Positions 35,801 through 48,328 of a stretch of 64,000 bases of DNA are shown in pieces (position 1 is the stretch's first letter; the number at the start of each line of letters is the position of its first letter). The notes under the pieces were generated by a model. The model ran no database searches, was not told the origin of the DNA, and saw only the letters and a list, made by a program, of their open reading frames with translations. Origin of the DNA: Cyanophora paradoxa CCMP329 (lineage: Eukaryota; Plantae; Glaucophyta). The position numbers were made by a program, and so were the translations under genes. The stretch spans positions 133,900 to 197,899 of the forward strand of contig QPMI01000123.1 in the NCBI GenBank assembly GCA_004431415.1, in the 5' to 3' direction.

Positions 35801-37459
35801 AGGCGCCCCTGGGGGGCTTGTTGGCGGCCGCGGGGGCGGGCGAGCTCGCGGGCGGGCTCGCGGCCTCGGGCCCCTTCTCGATGCGGGAGGCGGTGGGGAG
35901 GGTGATCTCGTGCCGCTCCCCGCGCACCATCGCTGCCCGCCGCCGCCTTAGGGCCGCAGCCATCCGAGAGAGGCGACAGGGGCACGGACCGTACATCTTG
36001 CCGGGCTGCGGGGGGGAGGCCGGGGCGGCAGAGGTCAGCAAGGGCGGGTAGGGGGGAGGGGAGAAGAGGTAGGGGGGGGGGGGGGGGGGAAGGAGGGGGT
36101 GCGGGGCCGGGGCCGGGGCGAGCCGCGGGGGCCACGAACCGAGATGTAGTCGTAGATGTCGGGCCCTGGGGGGGGGGCGGGGGGCGTCGGGCGGGGGCGG
36201 GGGCGGGGCGGGGCGCGGGGCGCGGACCGTGGACCTGGACGCCGGTGATGAGGGCCCAGTCGACGTTCTTGTTGGCCACCGTGCTCCGGATGTTCTTCTC
36301 CAGCACCTCCTGGATCACCTCCAGCGTGTACTTCACCTGCGCCCCCGCCCCGCCCCTCGTCCCCCGCGGGGCGCGGGCGGGGCGGGGCGGGCGGACGATC
36401 TCGACGTGGGAGGGGACGGTCCCGTACTTGATCTTGGGCAGCAGCAGCTGCTTCAGCAGGCTCTGCTCCACGTCGTCCGGGCTGCAGGCCGCCCCCGTCA
36501 GCCCCGCGCCCCGCGCCCCGCCGGAGGAGGCAGCCTGGCGCACTCCACCCCAACCTTGACTGGCGGGCGGCCGGTCGGGCGGCGTCAGCCGGCGCCGGCG
36601 CGCCCGGTGGGAGGCAGAGGCGGGGACGCACTGTGGCCGCTCGAGAGCTCCTTGTGGATCCCCTGCAGCGCCCCGCACGCGTGCGAGATCTGCCCTTGCC
36701 TGCGCGCCGCCGGGCTTAGGGGCGGAGATGGAGGGAGCCGGGGGGGACTCACCCGTGCCGCACGCACTGGCCTTTGAGGGGGCGGGCCGTTCCGTGAGAG
36801 GGGCGCGGGGCGGGAGCGGGGGCCACGGCGCCGCGCGCACCGATGACGCCGTCGGCCCCGATGGCGATGTGCGGCTGCAGAGGGGAAGGCGCGGGTCGGG
36901 AGCGCGACGCCGGCGCGAAGCCGGCGGGCGGGCGGACCATAGCGATGTAGAGGTGGCGCTCGATCCCGTCCTGCCCGCCCCGTCATCGCGGGGCGCGGGG
37001 CGCGGGGCGCGGGGCGCACAAACTGAGGCGCGTGGCTCTGCGGACGCGCGGCCGTCAGGAAAGGGAGGATGGGGCCGGGGCGGGGCAGGGGGGACCTGGG
37101 CGGCGATGAGGCCGGTGCGGCCGAGGTGGGGGATCCCCCCCAGGGAGCACATGTCGAAGGCCCCCGAGACGCTCCCCGGCGGCGACCAGTACTCCTGCGC
37201 GCGCGGCCGGCGTCAGGGGTGCGGGCTCACGAAGGGCGGCGATGGGGGACGGGCCTGCAGGTCGGAGTACAGGCTCCTGCAGATTTCGCTGCAGAAGGGT
37301 TCAGCGGAGGCGGGGGAGAGGAAAGGGCCGACGCACTCGCGGCATAGTCCGATGCACTGCGGGGCAGCGGAGGCGACGGAGGAACATGAGAAATGCGTGC
37401 GGCGACACTACTGACGGGCACGGCACCGGGATCGTGTTCCTTCGATTGAAGCTGGACAT
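35799..37459 (-). CDS. LCIB/LCIC-family (limiting-CO2-inducible, carbonic anhydrase-like) protein
   Basis: Spliced GLCRDEIC, SLGGIPHLGRTGLIAAQSH, PHIAIGADGVIGQCVR, SHACGAL, DDVEQSLLK, DWALITGVQVH; the Cys/His/Cys zinc ligands are present. Confidence 0.85.
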
Positions 37460-38289
37460 TGAAAGCAAGTGAGTAAATTAAATACGAGGAAAAATTCGAA
37501 ACTTGGAAATGGATGCTGGAGGCTCACCCGAGCTGGAAGAGGAAGTCGTGCGTGTAGAAGATGAAATGACGCTGTGACTAAAAACACATCAGAGGTCAGT
37601 TTTCGTCAAAGTTTCATCCTACGATTATCTCAAAGAATTCTCGAATTCACCACAGCCTCTGGAAACGAATTCAGGAGAGCCGCGCGGAACTGCAAGACAA
37701 AAGAGTCATGATCAGTGTGCGTGGGAGGGCGAGGCGCCCTTGGCGAGGCGGGAGGCGCTATATAGCTAAGGGCCCGGAGCCTATAAATCGCCCGCTGTGA
37801 AGTTAGACATGTTGCGCGCAGTGTAGCCTTTAGCAGGCCGCGGGTAAGGCGGGTGTACTAGTGTACTGGCGGGCGAGGTAAGTTCATGCGTGGCCGACGG
37901 CGGCCCTTTTGCTTCGATGACGCATCAACTAAACTTAATACCGTAGTACGCACCTTTTCAGGCTCCTTCGAGCTAACTTGCGCGAACTGGCGCTGGGAAA
38001 GCACGTCATGGCTAGCCGCGATCGGCGAGGCGAACGCGGCGAACCTGAGGCATGCCGAAGCCTTTCCGCAGAGATACTGACACGAGCGCGTTCGTTGCGC
38101 CGCTGGCGACGTGCACGCGGCCGAGATGTGGGGTTATGCTCTTCACCGCTGCAAGAAACATATCGCCGCTCGTGCTGCCTGCGCGTGGGCCAGGCGCACT
38201 TAACGCGGCAGCCGAACTTGCCGCCGTTGACAAGGGGTACGCCGTGTACGCGCCGCGCAGGGGTACGTGTAGGCACATCCCGAAAGAAG

Positions 38290-40888
38290 ATGGGCGCCGA
38301 GGAAGCGATCGGCGAGTGCGTCAACGAGTTCTTCCCATGCTCGCGAACCATCACAGGGAACCTCTTCCTCATGGTCCGCCCGACACTGGCCCTTCGCCGG
38401 TCGCCCTATTCCCATAGCTAGCCCGAACGTCCCCTTGCGTACTTTTTCCGTGCGAACTCGCCCGATGACGTAAACTTCGCAGCTGGCGTACGGCTTCCTG
38501 CTGGCCAGGGGCTCGAAGCTGATCGCAGGTCCGTCCCTCTCGCGCTCGGTTACGTTTTCTCGAGCTATAAGAAAGCCAAAGGAAGCACACACAGGCCCGC
38601 CTGATCGTCGGGCTCGCGGACACACCGCTAACGCCCTTGGGACGCAGACGGGTCCGAGCTCCTCATGCAGATCCTGGACCCCGGCATCATCGGCGGTCTC
38701 GTGCTCCCTCTGCTGGGCGGTGCGTTCGCAATGACGGCTCGCACTCGTGTCGAATCGATCGCCGCGACTATCCAGTCGAGTGGGTTCCAGGGGCATGGCA
38801 TCTTGGCCTTTATGAACTAGGATCGATCCAAAAGAGCCTTTTCCTGCGCCTCGAAACCGACTGCCTTTTGCATCGGAGGCTTGCGCGGGACGCGAGCCCA
38901 CTTGTCGAGCTTGGAAGCAGATTTGCGTACTTGCTCTAGCTGATTCGCTGCCCTTCGCAGCTTTCCCTGATGCGTGCATTATCTTCGTGTCCTGCCTCGG
39001 CGGTGACATCGCGGAGGTGCGTTCCCCAGACCACCTCGGCGCCCCGGCGCTGTGATTCGTGACGCGATCGGCCTCCGAGCAGGTGCAAGAGCAGCTCTCA
39101 GTCGGCGTCGGCACGCTGGCCGGGTCGACCGTGATGCTGCTCACGCTGCCGTGGGCGGCCTCGCTCTACCTCGGCCGCTGCGACCTGGACGGCAACGGCC
39201 AGGCCATCCAGAAGCGCTGCACGAAGACCAGCCTTACGGAGAGCGGCGTCACCACCGGTCCGCTCGGCCCTGCCCGCCGCCCGCCCCCCACCGCCGGCCG
39301 CCGGTCGCCCGCGGCCGGCCGCCGGGCGCGGTTCCTTTCTGACGGCCACCCCCTCCTTCTTTCTTCCTCCAGACGAGGACGTCCCGCTGAACGCAAAGAT
39401 CGTGCGCGCGGCGCCTTCTTTCCGAAGACGCCCCCGCCCCGCGGCCGCCGACGCGGGGGGCGGGGCGGCAGATGCTGGCGACGTCGCTGCCGTTCCTGAT
39501 CGCTCAGGGCCCCGCCCTCGCCTACTTCTTCGGCGAGCCCAAGGTCCGGCCCCGCCCCGCCCGCCCCGCTGCACCCGGGGCCGCCGGTGACGCCGGGGCC
39601 GGGGCAGTTCCAGAAGGACCGCGAGGCGAACTTCGCGCTCGCCGGCTTCGTCGTCTCGTTCATCCTCCTCGTCGCCTACAGCGTCTGGCAGGTGCCGGCC
39701 CCGCGCCCCCGCGCACGGCCGGCGCGGGACCGGCGCGGCTCACGCGCGGGCGGGCGGGCGGCGGCAGGTCATGAACACGAAGCTCCAGGAGAAGAAGATG
39801 GAGATGGCCAAGAAGGAGGCCGTCATGCGCCGCGTGCGCCGCCTCGCCCGCCCCCGCCCCTGCCCCGCCCCTGCTCCGCCCCGCCCCGCGCCGCCCGCGC
39901 CGCCCCGCGGGGCCAACCGAGGCGCGCGCAGGTGGTGGAGCGGATGGTGTCGGTGATGGAGCGGCGGCAGACCTCGTTCCGGGAGACGCCGGCGCCCGGG
40001 GACGCGGAGAACCCGTCGGCGCCGCTCGCGCCGGCGCAGCCCATCTCGGGCGAGAAGGTCGCCTCCCTCGGCCTCAAGTGGAAGGCCGGCGTCGCCGCCA
40101 AGAAGGAGGCCGCCGCCGCCGCCGCCGCCGGCGCCCCCGCCACCAGCTACGGCACCGCCCCGAGCCCCGCCGTGCGCCCCGCCGCGCCGCGCCCCGCCGC
40201 GCCCCGACGACGGGGCGGGCAGGCGAAGGAGGAGGAGGAGGGGAGCGATGACGAGACCGCCGGCATGACCAAGCGCGAGGCGCGCCCCGCCCGAACCCCG
40301 CCCCACCCGAACCTCGCCCCACCCCCGGGCCCCCGCTGAGGAGGGCGGGGGCGGCAGATCGCGATCAAGTCGGTGACGACGCTGGCGATCGGGACGGCGG
40401 TCGTCTCGTTCTTCTCGGACCCGATGGTGGACTCGATCAGCCAGTTCGCCACGGAGATGAAGCTCTCCCCCTTCTTCGTCGCCTTCATCGTGGCCCCGAC
40501 CGCCTCGAACGCGTCGGAGCTGATCGCCTCCTGCATCTTCGCCGCGAAGAAGACGAAGAAGTCGATCTCGCTGACGTACGGGTCGCTGTACGGGGCGGCG
40601 ACGATGAACAACACGCTCTGCCTGGGCATCTTCCTCTTCATGGTCTGGTTCCGCAAGCTCGCGTGGGACTTCTCCGCCGAGGTCGCCTGCATCCTCTTCG
40701 TCGAGCTCGCCGTCGCCCTCGTCGCGGTCCGCAGCACCACCATCCGCCTCCGCACCGGCTTCCTCGTCGCCGCCTTCTACTTCGGTTCGCGCACCCCGAC
40801 CCCCGCTCCGCCCCCTGCGCCCCCCGACGCCCGCGCAACAGTCGCCATCGGCATCGTCGCTGGTCTGAACCGCATCGGCTGGCACTGA
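38290..40888 (+). CDS. NCL/EFCAX-type Na+/Ca2+ exchanger-like protein (CaCA superfamily)
   Basis: FFPCSRTITGNLFLM, DGSELLMQILDPGIIGGLVLPLLGAFPDA, VGVGTLAGSTVMLLT, FFSDPMVD, PTASNASEL, SLTYGSLYGAATMNN, LAWDFSAEV. Confidence 0.9.
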
Positions 40889-41444
40889 TCTGCCCGACAC
40901 GGGTACCGTGGAATTGCTCGCCTGCGCCGCGCCGTGTACAGACCAAGGGGGAAGGGGGGGGTCGCCTCTTTGACTACGCATAGATAGCACACCTTATCGT
41001 ACAGCATGAGCTAGGTTCAAGCTCGATCGCGCTGTCTCCGTTTTTCGAGAACTTGTCTAGTTCGGTTTAGAAATCTCTCTTCGTACAAAATCTTTACGAA
41101 TGCGCCTGCCAGTGAAGCCAGCTGCAGCTACAGCCCGCAGCCATGGAAGGGCACTGCTTGGTCAAGTTACGAACATCCATGCAAAAAAAAGGCACAGTGG
41201 ATGGAAAGGGGCCGGAAAAGGGAAAGGCGTGCAAGGGCGCCGACCGTCGGACGGGAGCGGGGGCTGGATCGGCGGGGGGGGGGGGGGGGGGGAGGGGGGG
41301 TTGCGGGCGGGCGTTATGGCGGGGCGGCAGGTCATAGATGAGCGTCGGGAGGGTCGAGGAAGTGACTTTGGAAGGCGGGAAGGCTCCGGGAGAGGGGAAG
41401 GGGGGCGAGGAAGAGTGTTGGGGCAAGAAGAGGGGAAGGGGCGC

Positions 41445-43680
41445 TCAGGACCAGTCGAGCTCGTCCAGGGGCGAAGAGAGGAGGGGGTACCTGCAGGGCG
41501 GTTGCGGGGCGGGGCGGGGGGCAGGGGGGAGGGGGCCGGGGGGCGCACCTGGCGAGCTGGACGCAGATCTCGTCGATGGGCTTGCGGAGCTCGACGGAGC
41601 TCTCCAGCCCGTGGTTCACGATCACCGAGTAGGCCATCCCGTGCACGTACCTGCCCGCCCCCGTCAGGCCCCCGCCCCGCGCGCCGAGGCCGGGCGGCGC
41701 GGCACCCCGAGAGGGCGGAGACGCCCATGAGGGTGCCTGTCTTGCCGCGGAGGACGGCGGCGGCGGAGGTGCCGCGCATGCGGGAGCGGAGGGTCCCCGA
41801 GCGGCCGGCAAGCGGCAACGACTCGAAGAAGATGCGCCGGTGCGGGCTGTGCAGCGCGATGCCCCGCAGCGTCTGCGTGAGCGCCTCCGCTGCCGCCCGC
41901 CCGTCAATCCCCGGGCGACGCGGCGGGCGGGGCGGGGCGGGCGGGGCGGGGGAGGGGCGCACGCGAGGCGGCGTTCCTGCGGCTGAGGCCGGAGCCGTCG
42001 ACGAGGAGCACGCCGCTCGGGTCCGCCCCGTACCTCCGCACCGCCACCTCCTTCATCGCCATCAGGCCCCTCTGCGCCCGCGCGCCCCGCGCCTCAGCGC
42101 CCGCCGCGGCGGGGCGCGCTCGCGGGGCGCGCGCCTGTATGGAGCGGTCCGGGGCCGGGAGGGCGAGGGGCATGACGAAGGCCGGGTACGTCCGCTGCGT
42201 GTCGCTCCCCAGCGTGTGCAGCAGCGCCTCCTGCCGGGGGCCTCAGCCCGCGCGGGAAGGGGGTGCAGGACGGCGGCGCACGGCCCAGAGGTTGTCGCTC
42301 CACTGGAGGACGCGGTTGACGAGTGCGGAGAGGGGCCGCGCGATGAAGTCCAGCGTCCAGGGCTTGAAGCTCGGCGAGAGGCCCACTGCTGGCGCCGTGA
42401 ACATCACCTTCCCCACACGGATCTGTCGGCGCCCCGCGGCATCAGGGATCGACTGGGGGCGCCGGCGGGGCAGGGGGGGGGGGGGGGGGGGGGGGGCGGG
42501 GCACCTTGGCGTCCTCGAGGACCTTGTGGAGCATGCGGGCGAAGCGCGCCCGGGCGTCCGGCAGCGCCACTGTCACGTTCCGCTCGTCCGAGTGCGCCTG
42601 CGCCGCCCCTGCTCGGCTGGGGGAGCCGGGGCCACCCGCAGGCTGGGCGCGCACCGGGATGGCCCCGCGGATGACGAGCGAGCCGGCCACGTCGATAAAA
42701 GCCATGACGGGGCGCTCCGGCTCGCCGGCCCCGACCGTCAGCGCCTCGTTCACCACGGGCACCTTCGGCTTGTTCACCGCGTCCAGCCAGCTGAACCGCA
42801 CAAGCTGCCCGGGCTCTGTCGGACGCACTATGAGATTCGCTGCGCTGCCGTTCAGGAGCATGCTGCGCGGCGAGTGACGTAACCAGTGAGCGGGACCACC
42901 GGAGAAGGGCGGAAAAGGAGAGGAAAGAAAGGCGCACCCTCCCGCGTTGGCAGATTGCAATTGAGAGGCCTCCCAAGTGATTGGCGTCTTTATCCTGCTG
43001 TCATCGATGACCAGCGACCGCACTGTCCTCACCCCTTGAGTCCGCAGGCTGTCTGCCAACTCAGAGACGTGCGCGGTGGTTATCATAGGATCTCCACGCG
43101 CTGCGCATGCGCATGAGCGCACGCCTCGAAGCGCAGCACGGCACGGGCGGCTTGCGGGCGCCCACGGACCAGAAACGCGCAGCTCCTCAAGGACGGGCGG
43201 GGAAAGGCCTGTGCCGTGGACGGGCGTCTTATGCCTGTATTCTGCAGCGTGACCCGTCACGGGGAGGCTGGCCGTAGCCTCCGAGCGCTGCTTCTCTCGC
43301 AACGGCGCACCTGGCCCAAGCTTCTCCAGCGCCGCGGCGGCGGTGAAGATCTTGACGTTGGAAGCGGGTATCAAAGCCAGGCGCATGTTGTGACCGTACA
43401 GCGTCTTGCCGGTCTTCACGTCCGCTGCGTGGATCCCCCACCGCGCCTTTGCGTACTGCGGTCTCCCAACGACGCTGTCGATCGCCCGCTTCATGTGCAC
43501 AAGCGGAGAATCCATATCCGCTGCGAGAAACATCGTTTTAGTGCGCTCGCAGCGGGCGGGGCGCAGCCACGCACGGCTATATGTTCGAAAGACAGCGGCA
43601 TCGGCGAAGGAGCTGAACTGGAAGGTGCACGGCACTAGATCCTCCAGCTTCTGCTGCGGGTATGCCGGCGGCGGCGGCAT
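41445..43680 (-). CDS. dacB: D-Ala-D-Ala carboxypeptidase/endopeptidase PBP4 (peptidase S13), intron-containing; 5' end uncertain
   Basis: SxxK motif IPASNVK; GDP; SxN motif LQWSDNL; DGSGLSRRN; SLPLAGRSGTLRSRM; KTG motif GKTGTLMGVSALSGY. Confidence 0.92.
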
Positions 43681-43878
43681 CGCGGGGCGCCGCGCTCAAA
43701 CAGCTCGCTGTCCTGGGTACACCAGAAGAAGCCAGCAGGAGCGCGGCATCACTGGAAGCTCAAACCAAGAAGCAGCAATTGCAAAAGCTTAAAAGCTCAG
43801 CCAGTAGCACAGCGAAGCACAGCGAAGGCGGGGCACCGGGGGCAGCAGCAGCAGGGCACCGGGGGCAGCAGCAGCAGC

Positions 43879-44915
43879 ATGACGGGGCACCAGCGGGGCG
43901 GTCGGAGCAGGCGTGACGAGGATGATCAGGAGGAGCGCGACAGAGAGGAGGTGAGCGGCCGCTAGTGCACATTGCTCTGCAGCATTGCCCCTGGACGGCA
44001 TTGACCGGTTTTACAGGAGATGCTCAACGCTCTGCGCGAGGACGGCCTCTCCATGCGGGAGATTGAGGTGCTTGGAGGCTATCTGCACTGAATCTGCGAC
44101 TCCCGACTAACCCCGCCTTCCGTCCCAGACGCGCGCCGCAGCCCGCCCGGGCCAGAGCCCCGATGCGCTTGAGGAGGAGCTGGACTACCGCATACGTAAC
44201 GACGACTGCGTTCTTGAAGCCGATATCGCCGGTGAGAACCTGCCTGGTGTCCGCGTGTCTCCGGCTGACCTGCGGTGTAGACGCGCGCCAAGCGCAGGAG
44301 GAGGATCTGGACGAGCGGCGTATTAGAGAACAAATAGAGAGGGAGGTGGAGGAGAACTTGAATAGCTCTTCCGCAACTGGCCCAGCTCAGCGCGTCACTG
44401 CTCAGCACGAAGTGGAGGTGCTGTCTGCCCAAGCCGAGGTGTGTGCTGGCGAAAATAGCCGCATCGCATCTTGATTTCACAGGGCCTAATACGAGGCGGT
44501 GTGTGCAGGAGCTGCGGTTGCAAGAGGCGCTCGACGCCGAGCTCGACGACCGCATTCGAGACGAGGTCGACGGTCGGACGCGCGGTGCTAAACGCTTTTG
44601 GAGCCTGAAAGAAAATCTCGCGCGTGACGTTTGTTACTTGACTTATTGCTCTAAAGGCCCAGCGGCAGAGGACGACGATGAGGAGGAGCGCTTCGCGCTC
44701 GAGCTGCAGGTTCGGATGTGCTTGTGGTGCAATGGAAGCGGCCTTCGCTTGAGCCATGAACGCAGGCGAGTATCGCGGAGAACGCTGTGATGGAAAGAAT
44801 CGACGAGCGCCGGGCGTCCGAGGCGACTGCGGCGCTCCTCAGTCTCCGTCAGAACGAGTCACGCCCGCCGCCTCCCCCCATGCGAAGCGTCCCCGTGGTG
44901 GCTCCAGCCAAGTAG
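43879..44915 (+). CDS. Hypothetical acidic helical protein (multi-exon)
   Basis: Spliceable exons MTGHQRGGRSRRDEDDQEERDREE|EMLNALREDGLSMREIE|..EEDLDERRIREQIEREVEE|ELRLQEALDAELDDRIRDE|..ASIAENAVMERIDERR; no family recognised. Confidence 0.5.
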
Positions 44916-45331
44916 CTCCTGGCATGGACTGTAGCTGCTCCGCTCGGTGGCTCAGCGGCGATACATTGTGTGCAATTCAGAGCGCTTCTTGAGGCGCCGG
45001 CGGGTGCATGCTACGAGCGAAACTAATCAACAAAGACCATAGCTAACGCAGAGAGCCCAGGGCACCTGCGCGCGCAACCAGCTGCATGCGCAGATCGAGC
45101 TGCCAGTGCCACACCCGTCGTCGTGTACCCCGAACCGTCGAGCTTCAGTCCGCCGCGGCCAGTCTAGATCCATCAGGAGCATTAGCTATTGCTCTAGCTA
45201 AGCGTCTGAAGCTCGGAGCTCACGCGATCGCAGACCGTCGTGAAGGTTCGCGACAGCAACTTCCTGCGTGTACCAGCCGCGCGCTCCCGTGGCATTGCGT
45301 ACGCGAGCTAGGTGGGCCGTAGTTGCAAAGA

Positions 45332-46003
45332 ATGGCCGAAGTACAAGGCGTCACGGTCGTCGTTCGGGTGATCAAGTCCTTCGAATACCGAACCTTCAAG
45401 AACCTCGTCCTGCACAACGTAGACCTGGGCATGCGCGTCGCCGACTTCAGGCAACTTGTCGATCAAAGTGCGCGTCCCAATGCCATGCGCGCGCGCCCGC
45501 TGACTCCGTTGGTTCGCCGCAGAGATTCAGACGGAGGCGGGCTTCGCGCCCTACCGGAACCACAAGAGCGGTGGACATTTGCATGCCGCCTCCGACCCGC
45601 GCGCGCCGACGTATCTCGGCCCGCAGACACGCTGAAGCTGCACATGAAGGCGCACGGAGCGAAGGTGCGGCCGCGCCGCGCGATCGGCGCGCCGTGCCCT
45701 GAGCCCCGCGCGCAGACGAGCAACCCGGTCATCAACGTGGGCCACGAGGAGCTGGTTCTGAAGGAGACCGGAACGTTGGGCGAGCAGGGCGTCGGTACGC
45801 GCGCGCGCGCGCGCGCCCCGCCCACAAGAGCTCCCCTGGCGAGGCTGCCGCCAGAGCACGAGACGGAGCTCTCCTACTTTGCGATGTCTGATTACGAGGC
45901 GTACAAGGCCAATCCACAGGCGCGCGCTTCTTCATCGACCTCCAAACCCGTGCGCTCAGGTCACGCGCCCCCCTCTCACCCGTGCGCTCAGGTCAAGTGG
46001 TGA
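45332..46003 (+). CDS. UPF0538 / C2orf76 / AIM29-like ubiquitin-fold protein
   Basis: VVRVIKSFEYRTFKNLVLHNVDL, DTLKL..AHGAKTSNPVIN, EHETELSYF..YEAYKANP..KW*. Confidence 0.9.
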   Translation: MAEVQGVTVVVRVIKSFEYRTFKNLVLHNVDLGMRVADFRQLVDQSARPNAMRARPLTPLVRRRDSDGGGLRALPEPQERWTFACRLRPARADVSRPADTLKLHMKAHGAKVRPRRAIGAPCPEPRAQTSNPVINVGHEELVLKETGTLGEQGVGTRARARAPPTRAPLARLPPEHETELSYFAMSDYEAYKANPQARASSSTSKPVRSGHAPPSHPCAQVKW

Positions 46004-46279
46004 GCCGACGTCGACGTGTCGCGAGCAGCAGCTACAGCCTGGCAGCATGCCATGCCCCGCCCCCGCCGGCCTGCGTCGCCCTCTTCCTTCATGCAGCCCC
46101 GGCCGGGCCTCTTACCCTATCGACATCTCCGGCCCTCCCTGGCTCTCTCGTTCGCCCTGGCCCTCTCATTCGCCCCGCCCCCCGCCTGCCCTGAGGAGCA
46201 ACGAGTGTTTCTAGGCCTGCACGTGAATATATCGATACCGAGATGCAAGGGGAAGGCGTGTTCGGGACCGGGGCGGCGG

Positions 46280-48274
46280 CTAGGGGGCGATGCGCTTGAG
46301 GTAGGCGGCCCAGCCGGCCTCGCGGTACTTGGTGGCCTCCGCCTGCACGTCCTTCGCCTCGTAGATGCCCCGCCCCACGATGAGCACGTCGCAGCCGCGC
46401 GCCCCGATCACGTTGTCCGGCCCGTCGTACTGCTGCCCCAGGCCGTCCCCGCCGCCTCCGACCTTCACGCCCGGCGTCATCACGATCAGGCTCGGGTCGT
46501 CCGGCGTCAGGTTGTGCTGCGTCCGCCTCAGCCGCGGCGGGCGGGCGGCGTGGGCCGGGGGCAGGCGGGCGCGCCTGGGCGATGAAGCCGATGACGAAGT
46601 TGGTGTTCTTCCGCGCGATCTCCACCGCCGCCGCCGTGTACGAGCCTGCCCCGCGCCGCGCCTCGGCCGGCGCCGCGCGGCGGGGCGGGGCCGGGGGCTA
46701 TCGGGTGGGCGCACCGGTGGCGAGGCTGCCCGCCGAGCTCATCTCCGCGAGGATGAGGCAGCCGCGCCCCAGGGGCAGCCCCACCTCCGCCAGGCCCTGC
46801 GCCCAAGCGTCACTCCGGGCGGCCGGGGCGGGGCGGGGCGGGGAGGGGCGGGCGGGCCTGGACGACGCCGGGGCCCGGGACGACGTGGGCGTTGGTGATG
46901 TGGGACCAGGAGGCGATCTTGTGGACGCCGCCACGGTACTGCATCACCACCGTGTTCCCGATGTCCGCGAACTTGCGGTCCTCGAAGATCAGGAAGTCGT
47001 GCTGCGCCCGCCCCGCCTCAGCGAACCCGGCCGGCGGGCGCGGGCAGGCGCAGGGCTCCGGCCTTCTCCGCGAGGGCGGTGAGCTTTGCGGCGAAAGCGT
47101 CGTCCCACTCGGCGATGACGTCGCAGTGCGTCTGAGGGGCAAGCGTCGGCGGGGCGCGCCGGGGGCCTCTGCGGGGAGGGGGCGGAGCAGCACCTTGAGG
47201 CAGCAGAGGTGCGGGCCGAGGGAGTCGGCGATGGAGAGGAGCTCGGCCCCCGTGCTCACGTCCGCCGCCAGGCACAGGTTCGTCTTCTTCCGCTCCATCG
47301 TCTGCCCCGGCGCCCGTCGCGCCCCTGCCGGCAACCGAACCGCCCCGCCCCGCCCCGCGCACCTCGAAGATGCGACGGCCCATGGGGTTCTTGCACAGCT
47401 TGGCACGCTCCGCGTAGGAAAGGGCCTTGGGGGCGGGCGGGGCGGCCGGCGCGGCGGGCTTGGCGGCCGGCAGCTGAGTCTGGTTGTCGGCGATGAACTT
47501 GAGGGTCGCCTCGACGATGCTCGCGTGAAGCTTCCCCTCCGCGTGGAGCACCTGCACCGCGCGCCGCGCTCGCGCCAGTGCCGGGGCGGGGCCGGGGCCG
47601 GGGCCGGGGCGGGGGCGCACGTTGAGGAACTGGGTGATGGTGAAGACGGAGTGGAGGTGGTAGCCCTTGCCGGTGATGTGGTTGCGCCCGCCCTGCTCCC
47701 GGTCCAGCAGCACCACGATGTCCTGCACCTTGAGCCCCTCATGCTCCAGCGGCCCGATCGTCTCGAACACCGAGATCCCGCTCGTCACCTGCCCCGCCCC
47801 CCGATCACGCCCCCATCGAAGCGCACGCTAAGCTATGGCTATCCCCCCGCCGGGCGGGAGCGTCGCGCGCCGCGGGTGCGAGGCGAGGCGATCGCGGCGC
47901 GTCGCACGCGTACGCACCAGATCCTCGACGACCAGGCAGGTCTCGCCCTTCTTGAAAGAGCCCTCGATAGCCTTAGCGGTGCCGTAGTCCTTCACCTCCT
48001 TGCGGCGCACGACCATAGGCTTGCCGTGCTCGACGGACATGCATGTAGCGATCGGGAGGGCGGTGTAGGGGACGCCGCAGATGCAGTCGAAGTGCCGCTC
48101 GCGCACGAGGTTCCACATCGCATCCGCGACCTGCTTGAGCAGCGCCGGGTAGGAGACGGTGACCCGCAGGTCGACATAGACCGGGCTGATGAGGCCGGAT
48201 TTGAGCTTGAACGAGCCGAACTTCACCGCCTCGACCTCGAACAGCTTGAGAATGAGGTCGCGGTGCTGCGCCAT
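46280..48274 (-). CDS. UMPS: UMP synthase (OPRT-ODC fusion)
   Basis: [47 protein letters not shown]; [50 protein letters not shown]. Confidence 0.97.
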
Positions 48275-48328
48275 CCCGAACGCGTCGCAGAACGTCGCCG
48301 ATGCCGGTACCCTGAAGCTGGGAAAAAA

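Noticed and set aside
41445-43680. Bacterial contaminant or prokaryotic island (dacB, histidine kinase, Trk)
   Set aside because: All carry host-type spliceosomal introns and lie among eukaryote-specific genes
43789-44001. Minus-strand hydrophobic ORF as a DacB signal-peptide exon
   Set aside because: It overlaps the first exon of the plus-strand gene at 43879, and I could not splice it convincingly in frame; unresolved
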